DNA of 63,716 nucleotides, filler included, from Phoronis australis (lineage: Eukaryota; Animalia; Phoronida), in assembly GCA_002633005.1 (NCBI GenBank). It is 3 parts of 3 records of this genome, joined end to end, with 100 filler letters (N's around TTAATTAATTAA, not from the genome) between each part and the next. Parts side by side here need not be neighbours in the genome. Positions count along the whole stretch, not along the records: positions 1 to 29,372 come from NMRA01001295.1; 2 more parts are not named here. One strand, written 5' to 3'. This document shows positions 1-12,191 of this stretch, in pieces (the stretch's first letter is position 1; each line of letters starts with the position of its first letter). Under the pieces are notes generated by a model, which worked only from the letters and a program-made list of their open reading frames with translations, searched no databases and was not told the DNA's origin. Position numbers and translations under genes: made by a program.

Positions 1-899
1 TAAACACACGACACACACACGCACGCGCGCTCGCATACCCACAAGCAACGGTCATTCATCCCTTCGCAGAGAATCGCATTTGAAACATCGCACTCGTTCT
101 TTGTCGCATCGTTCTTAGCGGACGAATAAATTCCAAAGAGGGCGCCTCGCATTGCGTGACGAGTTTAGGTTAATTAATTTACCTTGGCATTTTAACATCG
201 GCTGGATTGAAATTTTCCCGCTTTCTAAGCCCCAGCCTCTGGCTTTGTCGCGGATTCTTCTTCCCAGAGGGAAATGTATGGAACATGATGTCCTTGTTCA
301 TCCACAGATATTTCAAAAGGTTTGCCTTTTTCGTAAAGTAATAGTGTATTTCACCGCACAACAATGAGAACTTGCCGGCCGTTCTTGCTTTGCTATAAAC
401 AGTTTTACCTGATCCTTGGATACTTGCCAGCCTAAAAGTTTCGATGGTTTTTACAAGTGTTCTAGTATTGATATGGTGTAGCTGAACAAATTAAATAATG
501 CTAATTGCACTGTGAATTCTGGCAACAAGGACGAAGTATCAGAAGAAGAGTTTATCTTATTTGCACAGAAATAGTTATAATTACACATTTGCTTGATAAA
601 GCAAACTGAATATTCGCTATCGCTTATTCAGAATGCAAATTATTCTCCGGACCACCTTTGAGTTACAAATTAGATGGGCATTATCGGACTTTTGTTGTGT
701 GCACCAACCAACGTTCAGAGAAAATATAAGTTTACAGATATTTATACTTAAATTCTTAGTATATCGGCAGCAAATTTTCCTTGAGACACGTTTTCTTGAA
801 CACGACGTTCCGTTTGTTTTTAATGGCCTTAATAGACGAAGGTTTTAATTGGCGGCAGGTTGATCTGGCGTCATGAGGCGCCAGTTGAAAGATGATCCA

Positions 900-1200
900 G
901 GGTCATGGCAGTGAGGAAAGCACAAGAAGTCAATAGTACAAGATGACCTAGGGCCATGGCAGGGAGGAAAGCACAAAAAGTCAATAGTACAAGATGACCT
1001 AGGGTCATGGCAGTGAGGAAAGCACAAAAAGTCAATAGTACAAGATGACCTAGGGTCATGGCAGTGAGGAAAGCACAATAAGTCAATAGTATAAGGTGAA
1101 CTAGGGTCACTGATGGCAGTGAGGAAAGCACAAGAAGTCAATAGTACAAGATGACCTAGGGTCATGGCGGTGAGGAAAGCACAAGAAGTCAATATTACAA
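900..1200. repeat. 51-bp minisatellite, ~6 copies
   Basis: Unit GGGTCATGGCAGTGAGGAAAGCACAAGAAGTCAATAGTACAAGATGACCTA starts at 900, 951, 1002, 1053, 1104 (4-bp insertion) and 1159. The repetitive ORFs 845-1213 and 871-1131 are by-products. Confidence 0.95.
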
Positions 1201-2211
1201 TCCTCATATTCAAATCACATAACGAGGAAATGAACAGCTCAACTGTTCAGTACATTGTCTCTAACGAGACATCTCCATCCATAACTTATAGATAAGGACT
1301 CAATCACACATACAGAGACAACTACTGTACGTCCGACCAATAACCATTCAATGAACAAGATCAAAACCAGGGAAAACCTAGTGTCCTGCTGATTGATTAC
1401 AGAGAATGGGATTTGATTACAAGAGACTCCAACGTTTGGGGGCGCTTATTGCCATGTAAAATATAAAGAATTCGCGTGCTTTCCTCAACCATCAAGCGAG
1501 TGAGTGTACTGTGTTTAGACTCAAAATGGTGTTAAATGGCTCCATTCTGGAGATGCATAGACAGTACACATTGTATGTCCAATATAAGGGGTTTTGTCAG
1601 AACGAATACATTTATCATGGGGGCAAGAGACTACATGCATCACGTTAGTCTTGCTCAGATAGGTCCTTTGTTCAGTACTTACTAAAAGACGCTTCGCAGA
1701 GTTATTTATGTCAATAAAAACGACAAACTGCCTAAAACGTTTCTTGAATGTTATCTATGATAAGAATTCAGCAGTAAGGTTCGCCCACTGAGCAAGAATG
1801 GGCTAGTTAGAGGCAACCCATAACATAGCCGGTACCGGATTACCCACATTAAACTGGGACTGGACCGGGAAACCGGTACCCGGTACAAACGGTAAAAAAT
1901 TGTACAAAACCAGTACCCCCGGTCCAGTTCGGTATCGACATGTTTACAGGGTGAAACTAATTGGACCATAATTAGATGAATTCTGACCTAAGGACCAGTG
2001 AAGACTAATAGGTACAAGCTGAGCCACTTGTCTTAAGTGAACCCTATCTGATCTGAACACCGGGTAACCTATTCCATCCATTTCGTATTTCAGCACCGTC
2101 ATTAGGCGTGAGCAGACATCCCAGGTCCGCTTCCTTAAGCCTCATTTTCATTCACCGTGAAATTTTGTTGGAACACTGTAACTAAAGTACGATTGGGTGC
2201 TTCCGTGGGTG

Positions 2212-2510
2212 TAGTGAAATAAAGCAGTCGTGTCTGAGACTATGGTGTTTTTCTCGTTTATTTCTTACCCGAAATTATGGATCAGTGAAACCACCGCTAT
2301 ATTTAGTAGCAGCGCAAATCTTATTGCCAAGCAGTTTCCGAAAAACATTATAAGTTTTATGGTCCTGCGAGTCAGCAAAACTGAAGGATATACTGAATGC
2401 GGTGCGTTCAGCATTGCAGTGGCTGAATTGCTGAAAGTGGTCACTGAGAATAGTTGTCACAATCAAAATGTTCTTAGCGTCAGTTTAAGATGGCGAGTTT
2501 TTTCACCAAT
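2212..2510. repeat. Duplicated ~300-bp non-coding block, copy 1 (copy 2 at ~12192-12505)
   Basis: TAGTGAAATAAAG...GACTATGGTGTTTTTCTCG.TTATTTCTTACCCGAAATTA.GGATCAG...ATGGCGAGT is shared in the same orientation with 12192-12505. Frame-breaking indels separate the copies. Confidence 0.85.
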
Positions 2511-2599
2511 GACAGATCCACCAAAGGCACATACAAATTTATACACCACGGACCCTGGACTTACAACTGAAATCCAAGCGTCCGAATTTGAAATTCTCT

Positions 2600-2995
2600 A
2601 CGTATTTTGAGACTGGAAATCAGATGCTTTTTCTTGATGCGATAGTTAAATGTACCAAAGGCTCGGTAGGAACTTACACAGGACTGTAAATTCGCTATCA
2701 AAGTTTTACCATCAGTGTGCATGCACCAGTTTCGTTCAAACATTGATTGATTAGGTTTATTGCATAGACATCACGTGGAGTGGATTTGATAGGATATGAA
2801 AAGCCTTACAGTCAATTTGCAAAAACGGTTACCCGTTGGAACTGATTAATACACTACTGAGAGAGAATTACGAAAATCTGAGGGTAATCTTTAGACAAAC
2901 TGCAAATATTTTAGGGTACCTGATCAAAAATTTTCAGGGTAAATTTGAGAAATTTGTGAAACACTACTGTGGAGCAGGAGCTTTAAAATTAGCGC
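2600..2995 (+). mobile_element. Decayed Penelope-like element (RT thumb/linker fragment)
   Basis: Manual translation gives ETGNQMLFLDAIV..TYTGL*..YQSF..PVSFK..KNGYPLELI, matching the Penelope FLD / TGLY..F.S..P / NGYP motifs. It has stops and frameshifts. Confidence 0.65.
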
Positions 2996-2999
2996 GTAA

Positions 3000-4085
3000 G
3001 TGAATAATGACATATTTATCAAACGTTTCTGTTTATTACTTCAAACCATTCTCAATGAAACAGTTCACATACTCAAACAGGCGACATGGGTGTAGAACAG
3101 ACTGTAAAGGTACACGTCAAAATGCATTGTGAAGGGGAGAAACCAGAAATTAAAAAAATTAGAGCTCAAATGAGCCAATGTTTCTATTGAGATAGTGCTC
3201 AGCATGGTTCAACCGTATATGCATAGCCTCCTTTATGAGAAGCCTGAGCGTGGCATTATCCTTGTCTAAGATTTGAACACCAGAGCAATCTATAGTGAGA
3301 CCAGTTGTCAATGAATGGTAGAGAACAGCACTGTGTGTGTCTACAGTGTTCTTTGACTCTGATGCCAAGAATCCTGTTCGTCATTCCAATGTAAAACTGT
3401 TCACATTCATTGCAGTTGAGTTGGTACACAACAGGACTTCTTTGAGAATTACTCAATGATGTTTTTACTCTAGACAATGACAAAAGTCTGTTTACATGTT
3501 TGAAGATTGTTACAAGTTGCAAACATGGAGCAACAGCTCCAAGCATTCTCTTAACCTTACCCAGTTAGGGAAGATTGACAAGTAGTTTCTTCAGTTCAGG
3601 CCCATGACAAACATCCGCAGGTGTCTTGGATTGGTTGTGTAAAAACCAGTCAGTGCAAGATTTTATAAACGTTTTAGAGTATCCATTTTGAATCAAAAGA
3701 TTATTTAAAACTTCAAGTTCACGATCAAACAAGTACATGTAGGGCTCGGAATAGCTACATATCTTAAAGGCCCGATTAATCAGACCATTGACTAGACCAG
3801 TTTTGTGCTTTTGGGAACAAAACTATCGAATTTGAGGCACAGACCTGAGAAAGTTGGTTTTATTTACACTGATGTATATAGCATGTCATTCTGACGGTGA
3901 ATTAATACATCGAGAAAACTAATACAATACCCCATGATAAATTTAATGCTCTTACATAAGGTGTTCATTCAGTCAAGAAATGGCTTAGCTTGACTGTTTT
4001 GACTAAAAGTCAGGAAATCAGGAAAATTTCAACAAAATAACGTTTGTAGTACAATGGTCAATTTGTTGATTATCTAACTTGTTCA
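3000..4085 (-). mobile_element. Decayed Penelope-like retroelement (RT C-terminal part, GIY-YIG endonuclease, 3' UTR)
   Basis: Motifs in order: PLYYKRYFVEIF (degenerate YxDD), ISFLDVLI, PTFSGLCLKFDSFVP, GLVNGLINRAFKICS, LLIQNGYS, VVYQLNCNECEQFYIGMTNRILGIRVKEH (GIY-YIG), LLIKEAMHIR..LNRNIGS. A degenerate hammerhead-like TTGAGAATGGTTT..AAACAGAAACG lies in the 3' UTR near 3020-3060. Confidence 0.9.
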
Positions 4086-4292
4086 ATACAAAGGATCAAA
4101 CCTTTTTAGTCTTAAGTCCAGGCTATGTACAAATTTGGGTGTGAAACTACTCGCCATCTTATTGCCCGGACTGAAGAACATATTGCTATTTACAGCTGTG
4201 CTCTCATTATCGGACCACGTGCTACAAACTAGTTGCCATTGCAATGTTGAATGCATATATTCAGGTATTGCTTCAACCTAGTTGATCAGGCT

Positions 4293-4451
4293 CAGGGGCG
4301 GATCCAGGATTTGAGTAAGGAAGGCCAGGGCAGAGTATTATCAAGCATTTTGCCCGTCAGACATTCGCACCCCCGAACTGCCAAATGGAATCTGGGAGAA
4401 ATTTAGAGGACATGGCTCCCAGCCTACCCCCCCCCCCCAAATCTGCCACTG
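4293..4451 (+). mobile_element. ~160-bp MITE, family with CAGKGGCGGAT termini
   Basis: Termini CAGGGGCGGATCC ... ATCTGCCACTG; flanks AGGCT/AAGCT (5-bp duplication with one mismatch). Internal sequence is shared with copies at 38275-38399, 55247-55369 and 61888-62044. Confidence 0.85.
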
Positions 4452-4982
4452 AAGCTAAAACAAAAATGAGATTGAAATAGGTAAGTCACTTCATATGAAT
4501 TGGCTTAAGCCTGGTTCTAACAAACAGTTGGCTCAAAACGTAAAGCTAATAGTTGTGGTTATTGCCATCGATGTCTGAGCCTCTATATAGGCCTAGGTCA
4601 CTCTCACATTGCTCTGGCCTTGTTAGATGCCCACAATTTGTTTTTAAGAATGATGTTGGACACATCCAATCATAACAAGACTTAAACCTGTCATTATTTT
4701 TCTTAACAACACCCTTGATATATTAAAGGTGTTCTTAAAAACGTTTGATTGCGGTACATCCGTTTGATAGTTGGTCTTTCACCTACCCTCTCTAAGAACA
4801 ACAGGCATTATCTTCATATCTAAATGCTTGTAAATGGCGTAATATGAAATGGCGAACTCCATACCTTGCTACACTTGTTTTATATACTTACTTCTTCCCG
4901 ATTTCCAAAGTACATGTAAATTTTGTTCAAATAATGAAGAAAAATAGTATGAACATACGACACCTAATGATACTGGTTTGCG

Positions 4983-6362
4983 TCATTTTCCGATATTCTT
5001 GACAATGTTAGTGACCCTGCGAGATCTTTGCCTATTGAGAATGACGTTCAACCCGAAAAATATGGCATCGGTCAGCGTCAGAATAGAAACGCCGCACCAA
5101 AAGCCCAAATGGCCTCCAATTTCTGACAGCAAGCTCCATGTCCAATTGGGATACTTGGCTGTCTCGGTAATCAGTTCGACTTCGTCGTTATTGAAGAAAA
5201 CGTTCACTTGCGCAAAGTGTTGGTTGATTAACTTGTTGCTTAACATAAACTCCATACTGTACTTAGACAACTCCTTGTAGGCGACAGAAGAAGTCTTATT
5301 CTCCACATACTTCCTGAAAAAGGCAGCGGGTGCATAGTTATTGGGCCAAATAAACGCAGACTGACTTAACTTAAAACTGTACTCTTCGCAAGCTTCCTGA
5401 CAGTCACAGTACTGATAATAATTTAGCAGGAATTCGTTCTTTGCTTTCAACATGCAATCAACTTGATTCCACCACTTTTCATGAGTGCAACTGTCGATAG
5501 CTGTCGCGTTTCCACAAAAAGGCACTCGAGGATAGTGGTGTGTGGGCAAATCTGAATCTTTGCAGTGACATCTATCGACCACTTGCGACTGTTCACAAGC
5601 ACGAAGACAATTTGCTTTCGAATTCCCATAGGTTTCAGAATACATGTAGATTATCTCCGTACAGTTAGACTTAAACGGAGGACCAAGTCGCCTTGTTTTC
5701 ACGGGATGTACCGAAACCGAGGTGGAGAAACCAGGCGCTATTTTGAGGGAATTCACCGACGGATTCACGAAGTCTCCTTCATTATGCACGATTAGCCTTA
5801 GACCATGGGAGTTGGTATCTATCAAAGAGGAGTAAACCACTGACTTGTTCATCTGCTGTTCCAGGCTTGCATTAAACGTGTAAGAATACAGAATCAACGA
5901 CAGTCCGTTTTCGTCTCCAGTTCTCTTCAAAGCATTGTCGTCCATGTTCAACGTGAAACACCGTCCGTAATAAGGATTTAAAAACCCTGTTATTTTGCTT
6001 TCGTTGCATTTTTTACTGTCGTACTGACAATCAATTATAATATCCTCCATTTTCCACGTGTAGTCGCCAAATTCGTCAACATTATCAAACATGATTGGAT
6101 AACCTCCATATTTCTTATTTTTTTCGTGATATTTCCTGAAGTCATCTGATAGACATTTTCTTGCAGATAATAGATTCATGTAAAGCTGTTCGATCTGACT
6201 CGTCGTGCCTGCAGCCGTATTACAAACTGAAACACTGGGGAAGGGCTTGTTAGCTGTGTATGTCTTCTCCACCGTTTGGTGGAAAGGGTATGTGTAGTAG
6301 CTTGTGATAGACAACACCACATTGACTGCTGCTGTCGTGAGACTGGCGAGAAGTAACATCAC
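4983..6362 (-). CDS. DEG/ENaC (amiloride-sensitive sodium channel family) subunit, terminal coding exon A: TM1, extracellular domain, TM2, C-terminus (459 codons)
   Basis: Motifs FPSVSVCN, YGRCFT, GLSLIL, GLRLIVH, PGFST, Cys-rich thumb (CLRAC..C.C..C), CQEACEE, VNVFF and LLSEIGGHLGFWCGVSILT (TM2, GxS filter). Acceptor TTCCGCCTTACAG|GTG at 6363/6362 is phase 0. The ORF-track start MRLDSALQ reads through the presumed intron. Confidence 0.93.
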   Translation of the reverse strand: MMLLLASLTTAAVNVVLSITSYYTYPFHQTVEKTYTANKPFPSVSVCNTAAGTTSQIEQLYMNLLSARKCLSDDFRKYHEKNKKYGGYPIMFDNVDEFGDYTWKMEDIIIDCQYDSKKCNESKITGFLNPYYGRCFTLNMDDNALKRTGDENGLSLILYSYTFNASLEQQMNKSVVYSSLIDTNSHGLRLIVHNEGDFVNPSVNSLKIAPGFSTSVSVHPVKTRRLGPPFKSNCTEIIYMYSETYGNSKANCLRACEQSQVVDRCHCKDSDLPTHHYPRVPFCGNATAIDSCTHEKWWNQVDCMLKAKNEFLLNYYQYCDCQEACEEYSFKLSQSAFIWPNNYAPAAFFRKYVENKTSSVAYKELSKYSMEFMLSNKLINQHFAQVNVFFNNDEVELITETAKYPNWTWSLLSEIGGHLGFWCGVSILTLTDAIFFGLNVILNRQRSRRVTNIVKNIGK

Positions 6363-6859
6363 CTGTAAGGCGGAATCAAGTCGCATTCAAGTTTTACTCT
6401 TATCTAATTAGCTCATGCCGACGTCGTGAAGTTCAAACTGGAACATTGTTATTGGAGAAGATTCATACCGTTTGCCATGGTACACCTAAGGATTTATCGA
6501 GGGCATTGGCATACGTGACGAGTTTATCGTCAGCAGTTGGCACCACTACGATATCGTCGAGTTGATTATGAGGGAACACATGGCATCTTGGGGATGGATT
6601 GTCAGAGATTCAATGACATAATAATGTTCTTGGCCGAACGATTTTTAACAGTACGGTTTATTTCCAACTAATTTAGTGCAAAAATGGAAAATCTCAATTG
6701 CTGAATGTTAGTGTGGTTTAGTTTTCCCCTCGTGGCGGTGGTGCCTGGCTGTTTGTAATAAACTGATAGATTGATTCCTGTGAATACTACGTCGCTGTAT
6801 CCTAATCTTCAAAGACAACACCTTTAGACCCCGAGACTCATATAATTTAAATAGAAAAC

Positions 6860-7050
6860 TTCCAGATCTATTCAAAGCGGGGTTCCTGGTTTTCACGCAC
6901 TAATCTGATACCAAGCTAATCAAGATCTCTTTTTCTCCAGCACCACCATGTACATGTACATGTATGCTGTCTTGAACGAGTGTCCATCTTCATTAAGGTG
7001 CTCATACACTGCAGAGTTTAGATTAGTAGGAGCCAGGCTGCTCAGAAAAG
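6860..7050 (-). mobile_element. Penelope-like GIY-YIG C-terminal remnant
   Basis: Translation LNSAVYEHLNEDGHSF...VLEK...VKTRNPALNRSG matches the Penelope endonuclease tail (SA..H...GH.F...P.LNR.G). Confidence 0.6.
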
Positions 7051-7189
7051 TCGAGGAAATTTTTACAGAAAGTTCTATAAGTTGTGATATATAATTTNGG
7101 GCATCACCCTCAAGTACTTGAAAAATCAGGCAATGAAAACGATTTCCAAATTAGCGAAGTTTCGGCGGCTTTGAGGTCGTGCAAACTGA

Positions 7190-8260
7190 AAGCGGTTTTA
7201 CCACCAAAAAACGCTCTTTTGTATTACTGTTGGATGAGAGAGAATTCATTAAAAGCTCTTTGCCGAGGCCAAACTTATGACGCAACAAAATCCGTTGCGT
7301 TTTTGTTACTCAATTACAAAATACAATTTCACGTTGTCTGCCGGACATTCGGCGAAATCAATGCCGGTATCGTTGGCCTAGACTCCTTCGTCATTTAATG
7401 AATCTGTATTAACTCAGCCGTACAGCATTAGGCTATGGCCGCTATTACTCTTTAACACTGAAAGACACATTGTTTGTTTTGCCACCGAAAAAACTTTTCT
7501 ACGATTATTGTTGGGCGGCATATATAAATCACTATTATTAGCAATCAACATCCATTGGGTTTTTGTGATTTTACTATAGACGCCATTTCTCGCTGTTGCT
7601 ATTGCTTTTAAAATAATAGTAAATTACTTTGTTCAGCATTGGATATTGATCAGCGACTGCGGAGCTACCAGGTTCGATTCCGCAGCGCGACGAATTCAAG
7701 ACAACTTTTTGTTTATCTCACAACGGGAGACTATCAGCTGTGCGGAAAATATGCATTTTACGATTATTGTCGGGTGGCATACATTTCTCGAGATAATTAG
7801 ATTTGACTAGAGCTGTGAAACAACAAAATGCAATGTTGTTGTCTGACAGACATTCGATGAAATCAATGATGTCTGTGTTGTGTATGCTTGAAATACTTTG
7901 ATGTTTAATGAGAGTGAGTTAGCTCAGCGGCGTTTGATCCCACGGTGAGACTGAATTCAATAAAACAACGTTTTTAGAATATAATGCTCCTTTCACCAAT
8001 AAAGTGACATCATATTTTTCCTGGAAAGCGTATTTTCATAATTATTTTAAGTGTCATACGTTGCTAATAGAGATGTTAAACAACAAAGTCATTGCGTTTT
8101 TGTGATTTCATTACAACTCGCCATTTCTCGCTGTGGTCGGCCAGACATTCACTGAAATGCTAGCAAGTATTGCTACCGTTTAAATATGCAGAAAATTCTT
8201 GGTCATTTAACAAGTGTAGGGCGCTATTTTGTGACTGCAGAGGTAGTGGGTTCGATTAAG
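7190..8260 (+). repeat. Degenerate tandem repeat, four ~260-285-bp units, each with a tRNA-like segment
   Basis: Recurring blocks ...GATTATTGT.GG.GGCATA (~7210, 7500, 7760, 8035), CAACAAA..C.TTGCGTTTTTGTGATT and CGCCATTTCTCGCTGT. A/B-box-like pieces TAGCTCAGCGG and GGTTCGATTCC occur near 7670, 7920 and 8250. Confidence 0.65.
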
Positions 8261-9340
8261 AAACATTGGCGGTGAACCATAGGGGGCTGGGGGGCTGTAG
8301 CCCCACTTTTTTCAGTGCTACGCCGCACATGGTTTTTAGGCGGTGCACCACAGGGGGGCAGAAGGGCTTTAGCCCCTGCCACATTTTTAGTGCTGCGCCG
8401 CCCATGAAAAATACAGTTTTGCTCCTAAAAATACAGTCAAATTGCTAATTTATTCCCTGATTCCGAAAATTGAGTTGTTCCTGAAACGCAAGCTGGAAAG
8501 TCATATTGAATCACATTAATTCACACTGCTCTTTAACATCTAATTATGGTGTTAATTCCAGCGGGTGATAATGTGATACATGTGATATTGCCCGACGCCC
8601 CTGCGGTCTTAACATAAAAATGAAAATTCAAGAACACTTTCCTCCGGCCACAGATTGTGAAATTGAAATGCAAATATTTGTGCAAGTCTGCCTATGCACT
8701 GAAGAAAAATCGATACTCAAATTTGTCAGAAGCGTCTCAAATTGAAAGGCCTGAAAGGGCCGATACATTTGCCGTATATTTGAAGTAAACTCAGCCAACT
8801 CAGAATTTGCAAATAAATGACGCATTCAAATATCTTCAAAGGCATTGATAGCAATAGAAATACCAGTTTTTCTACCACAATATCAGCTTCGAATGGCCAA
8901 TATAACCATTTAATAACCCATTTAGTTACTTAACACCGTTGAATAACATTTTGGTGGGAAACCGAGGCAGGTTTCAAGCCCGGTCGGCAAGAGTTTAGAC
9001 TTTACCACTGCATCATTCAGCGGCTGACGTCATCGAACGTGAAAATGGAATACTTATATGAGCACGCGCAACAATTGCATGTTCAACAAAGGGTGTTGTA
9101 CCGCAAATTTTCAATAAAAACGACATCTTTAATTCACTAAAATTTGTCTGTCGTTTTCTCCAGTTTGAATGCGTGTAACGTTTGCCTGGTCGGGGTGCTT
9201 TGACTTGGACTTTAAACTCAGTAACCATTGGAGACCTACTTTAGCAGACGATATTTTCACGGTGAAAGCTTAGCATTGATAAGATGTGTAGTAAACTAGA
9301 GTAGTTGCTTAAAATAAAAATATTTTACAGATCACTTTAG

Positions 9341-10732
9341 GAGAATTAGTTGGTCATTGTTCTCTACAGGTATTGCAATAGAAGATAATCAAATATTTAG
9401 AGACGGTTCAGGTTAAACGCAGACGTTTCGGCCTGGTCCGCCAGGCCTTTTACGATGAGTGAGAGTTTCCCGCCTTTCGCTGATTAAGTATGTTCCAATA
9501 CACGGGAGGAAAGTGTAAACCTCTGTCCCGGTTCAAGAGAAGGCGCTGTCTGCTGATGTGCATGGAATCTTTTAACTTGCGAGCGTATTTTAAAATTCTG
9601 TTCTTTGGCTAAGATCTTAGATGATTCAAGGGAGATAGAATGTCCAGTCGCCAATATGTGTAATTTCTGGTGTTCTTTGAATCTGGTAAGGAACGGTTTC
9701 TCCAATGAACATTTATGCTCGCAAGTTTAAAGAATCCATAAATATCAGCACTCATAGCCGCCCCTCTTTTGAACGGGGGACAGAGGTCTGCACTTACCTC
9801 CCGTGTTTTCGAACATACCTGCTTCCCGTTCAGTAAGGTGGCACTGAATATTTAGGCTGCGGCCGCGGCGAACTTGCACTGCCAAAATATTAAAATTTTG
9901 GGGTAGGCCAAGTTTGGAGGCATTTTGTAGGTGGGCATTGCATGTAGGCTCAGTGAATTTGGTTTGTTTGCATTTGTGAACATGCTGAGAATAAAGCCAC
10001 TCTCTCGGCTGTAGCTGCACTCTTTTTCAAGATGGCGGCCCCCGGTTGCAATTGTGCATTGCTGGGTAGCGACTGAGAAATTGGCTGCGATTTTAGGTAG
10101 CCCTCAAACAAGCCAGAATTGACAAAAAACTATTTAGTTGACAGTCGTTTTGGACCACATTTTCGGAATTTGTAGGAAATTTTCTTTCAGAATCTATTGT
10201 TGGTTTTAGTCGTGCATTGGCAGGGAAGTGGTGTTTTTTTGGGGTGAAAAGTGCCGATTTTGCACTTTTTTGCCCCTAATTTTCTTAGTCCAACTTGGTT
10301 TTCAGTGGGATTGAAAGGATCAAAATACAAGAGAGAATAAAGTTGCTGCACTCTTCTCCATGGCTTTTTATGTGAAATAATTGAAAACATGTCATTCTTT
10401 TCATCCTGTTTTTAACAGAGTGAAGAAAAGGGGACAAATCAAGTGATGTGGGCAGTGATAACTGTTCTGTGCCTCCTAACGCTAGGATCTCGCTAAAAAG
10501 CAAGACTTCACGAGATTACGTGATATGTTGTTGTGTATTTCAAATAAGGACACGTGCCTTAGAAAAGATTTTGCCTAGGTCCTAGCGTAGGTCCTAGTGT
10601 TACTGATCGCACGCCTGTACTTAATCAGCGAAAGGCGGGAAACCCCTCACTTATCGAAAAAGGACTGGCGGACCAGACCAAAATGCCTGTGTCTAACCTG
10701 AACCGTCTCTAAGTAAGTGATTATCTTCTATA
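9341..10732 (-). mobile_element. Truncated Penelope-like element with inverted pseudo-LTRs and a target-site duplication
   Basis: GIY-YIG tail RFKEHQK..HILATGHSISLESSKILAKE (9484-9705). A ~113-bp inverted repeat lies at 9378-9490 and 10618-10731. Flanking direct repeat ACAGAT(T)CACTTTAG at 9327-9340 and 10733-10747. Confidence 0.8.
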
Positions 10733-11958
10733 ACAGATTCACTTTAGTTCTATTTCCGTTTTAACTTTTATTTGGTTTTAAGTAATAACATCATTTTAAC
10801 GAGTTTCTTGAAAGGTCACGATCTTTGAACTCAGGCCTCTGACATAGAAAGTAAATACAAAAGCCGAGGGGAGTCGAGAAAAGTAGATCAATTCATTGCA
10901 ATGTTTTTCGTTCATTATATGGTATAAATAGATTATTACATGTGCTCAGTCGTTGTCCCCCTTATCTAGAGCCCTCGCGAATTTTGCATACCACGAATCT
11001 CGATATAAAAACCTCTGCTACGAACACGTACGTTGTATAACATATACATACATATATACAATATGTGATTATTGCATTTTTGAAAAATGTCCACGAAAGT
11101 TAACAAATGGCTTAACTTGCTGATTGAACTATTCAATCTTTTACAAGTTTAGAACTGTGAGGTTTGCGTGTACTATTATTAGGTGTCTGCAGGTAATTCT
11201 AAGTTGACCAACAGGGAGCAGCAAAAGTAACAACACTCTAAGCTTGAATGCACAATATATAATTACTGTTAGCAATATATAGCACAAGATGAGAACCGAC
11301 AGTCTAAAGATATCACTAAGATATCAACATTTCCTTTCATAACTTCCAGCCCCTGGTTTGTGTTTTAGTCTACTTTTATCATTTTGTCATTTAATAAAAC
11401 AGTTGGCGGGGATACTGCAGAGACCTCATTATGTATGGCGGCAGTCGAATGAGTGCAAAAAATGCATGAGTCAGCTGTAATTCACTGCGGCGGCCCTTTT
11501 AAGAGGTGGTACATGTATATCACCAAACATAAACAATTAACTAAACAATCGAATAAAATTAAGTTTGTAAATAATTAGAGTTGTGTTAAATTAGAGTTAT
11601 TCGTGTTTACGTTTCGCCGGACTGAAGTATTTTGCGCTAAAATCCGTTTGATGGAGGTTCTCACTAAAAGAAAAGGGGAAAATCTATATATAATTGAATG
11701 CACAAATATTGATGAAAAATGATTGAAACGCTATTTGGACTCTTCTTGTGTCATTCTGAGAATAAAAAGATTGCAACGTTCTTAAATTTTAGAATATCAT
11801 GGAGTGTTTTGCTCATTTGTGTCAGTTAAATGCATGCGAGGGAGTTTGTTTACATTACAATAGAAAAGTAGAAAGGAATATTGTGAGTAGGTACGAATGT
11901 CACTTTTATTACGACTGCTTCAAAATATAAGGAGAATGTGTAAAATGTAATTGCAATC

Positions 11959-11959
<1 letters not shown>

Positions 11960-12021
<62 letters not shown>
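11960..12021. repeat. (CA)n microsatellite
   Basis: About 31 uninterrupted AC units. Confidence 0.99.
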
Positions 12022-12023
<2 letters not shown>

Positions 12024-12191
12024 GCGTGCGTGCGGGCGTGTGGCGGTGGGTGACCCCCACCCCGGTTTGCTTAACTCTTGTCGTTGTCTATATGTAACAA
12101 TATGGGTCACGCGGGATATTTTTATGTAAATTACCACTTCGTTTCACGTGCGTTGTGGCCGGCTGGGCGTTGAAGGTTCTGGTTGAGGAGA

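Noticed and set aside
4978-5280. Similar plus-strand ORFs at 4978-5280 and 20017-20352
   Set aside because: These are antisense shadows of the conserved TM2-coding region.
6363-6386. ORF-track start MRLDSALQ for channel exon A
   Set aside because: It overlaps a pyrimidine tract and CAG acceptor at the same position as exon B's acceptor, and the paralog has an in-frame TAG there. It is most likely intron.
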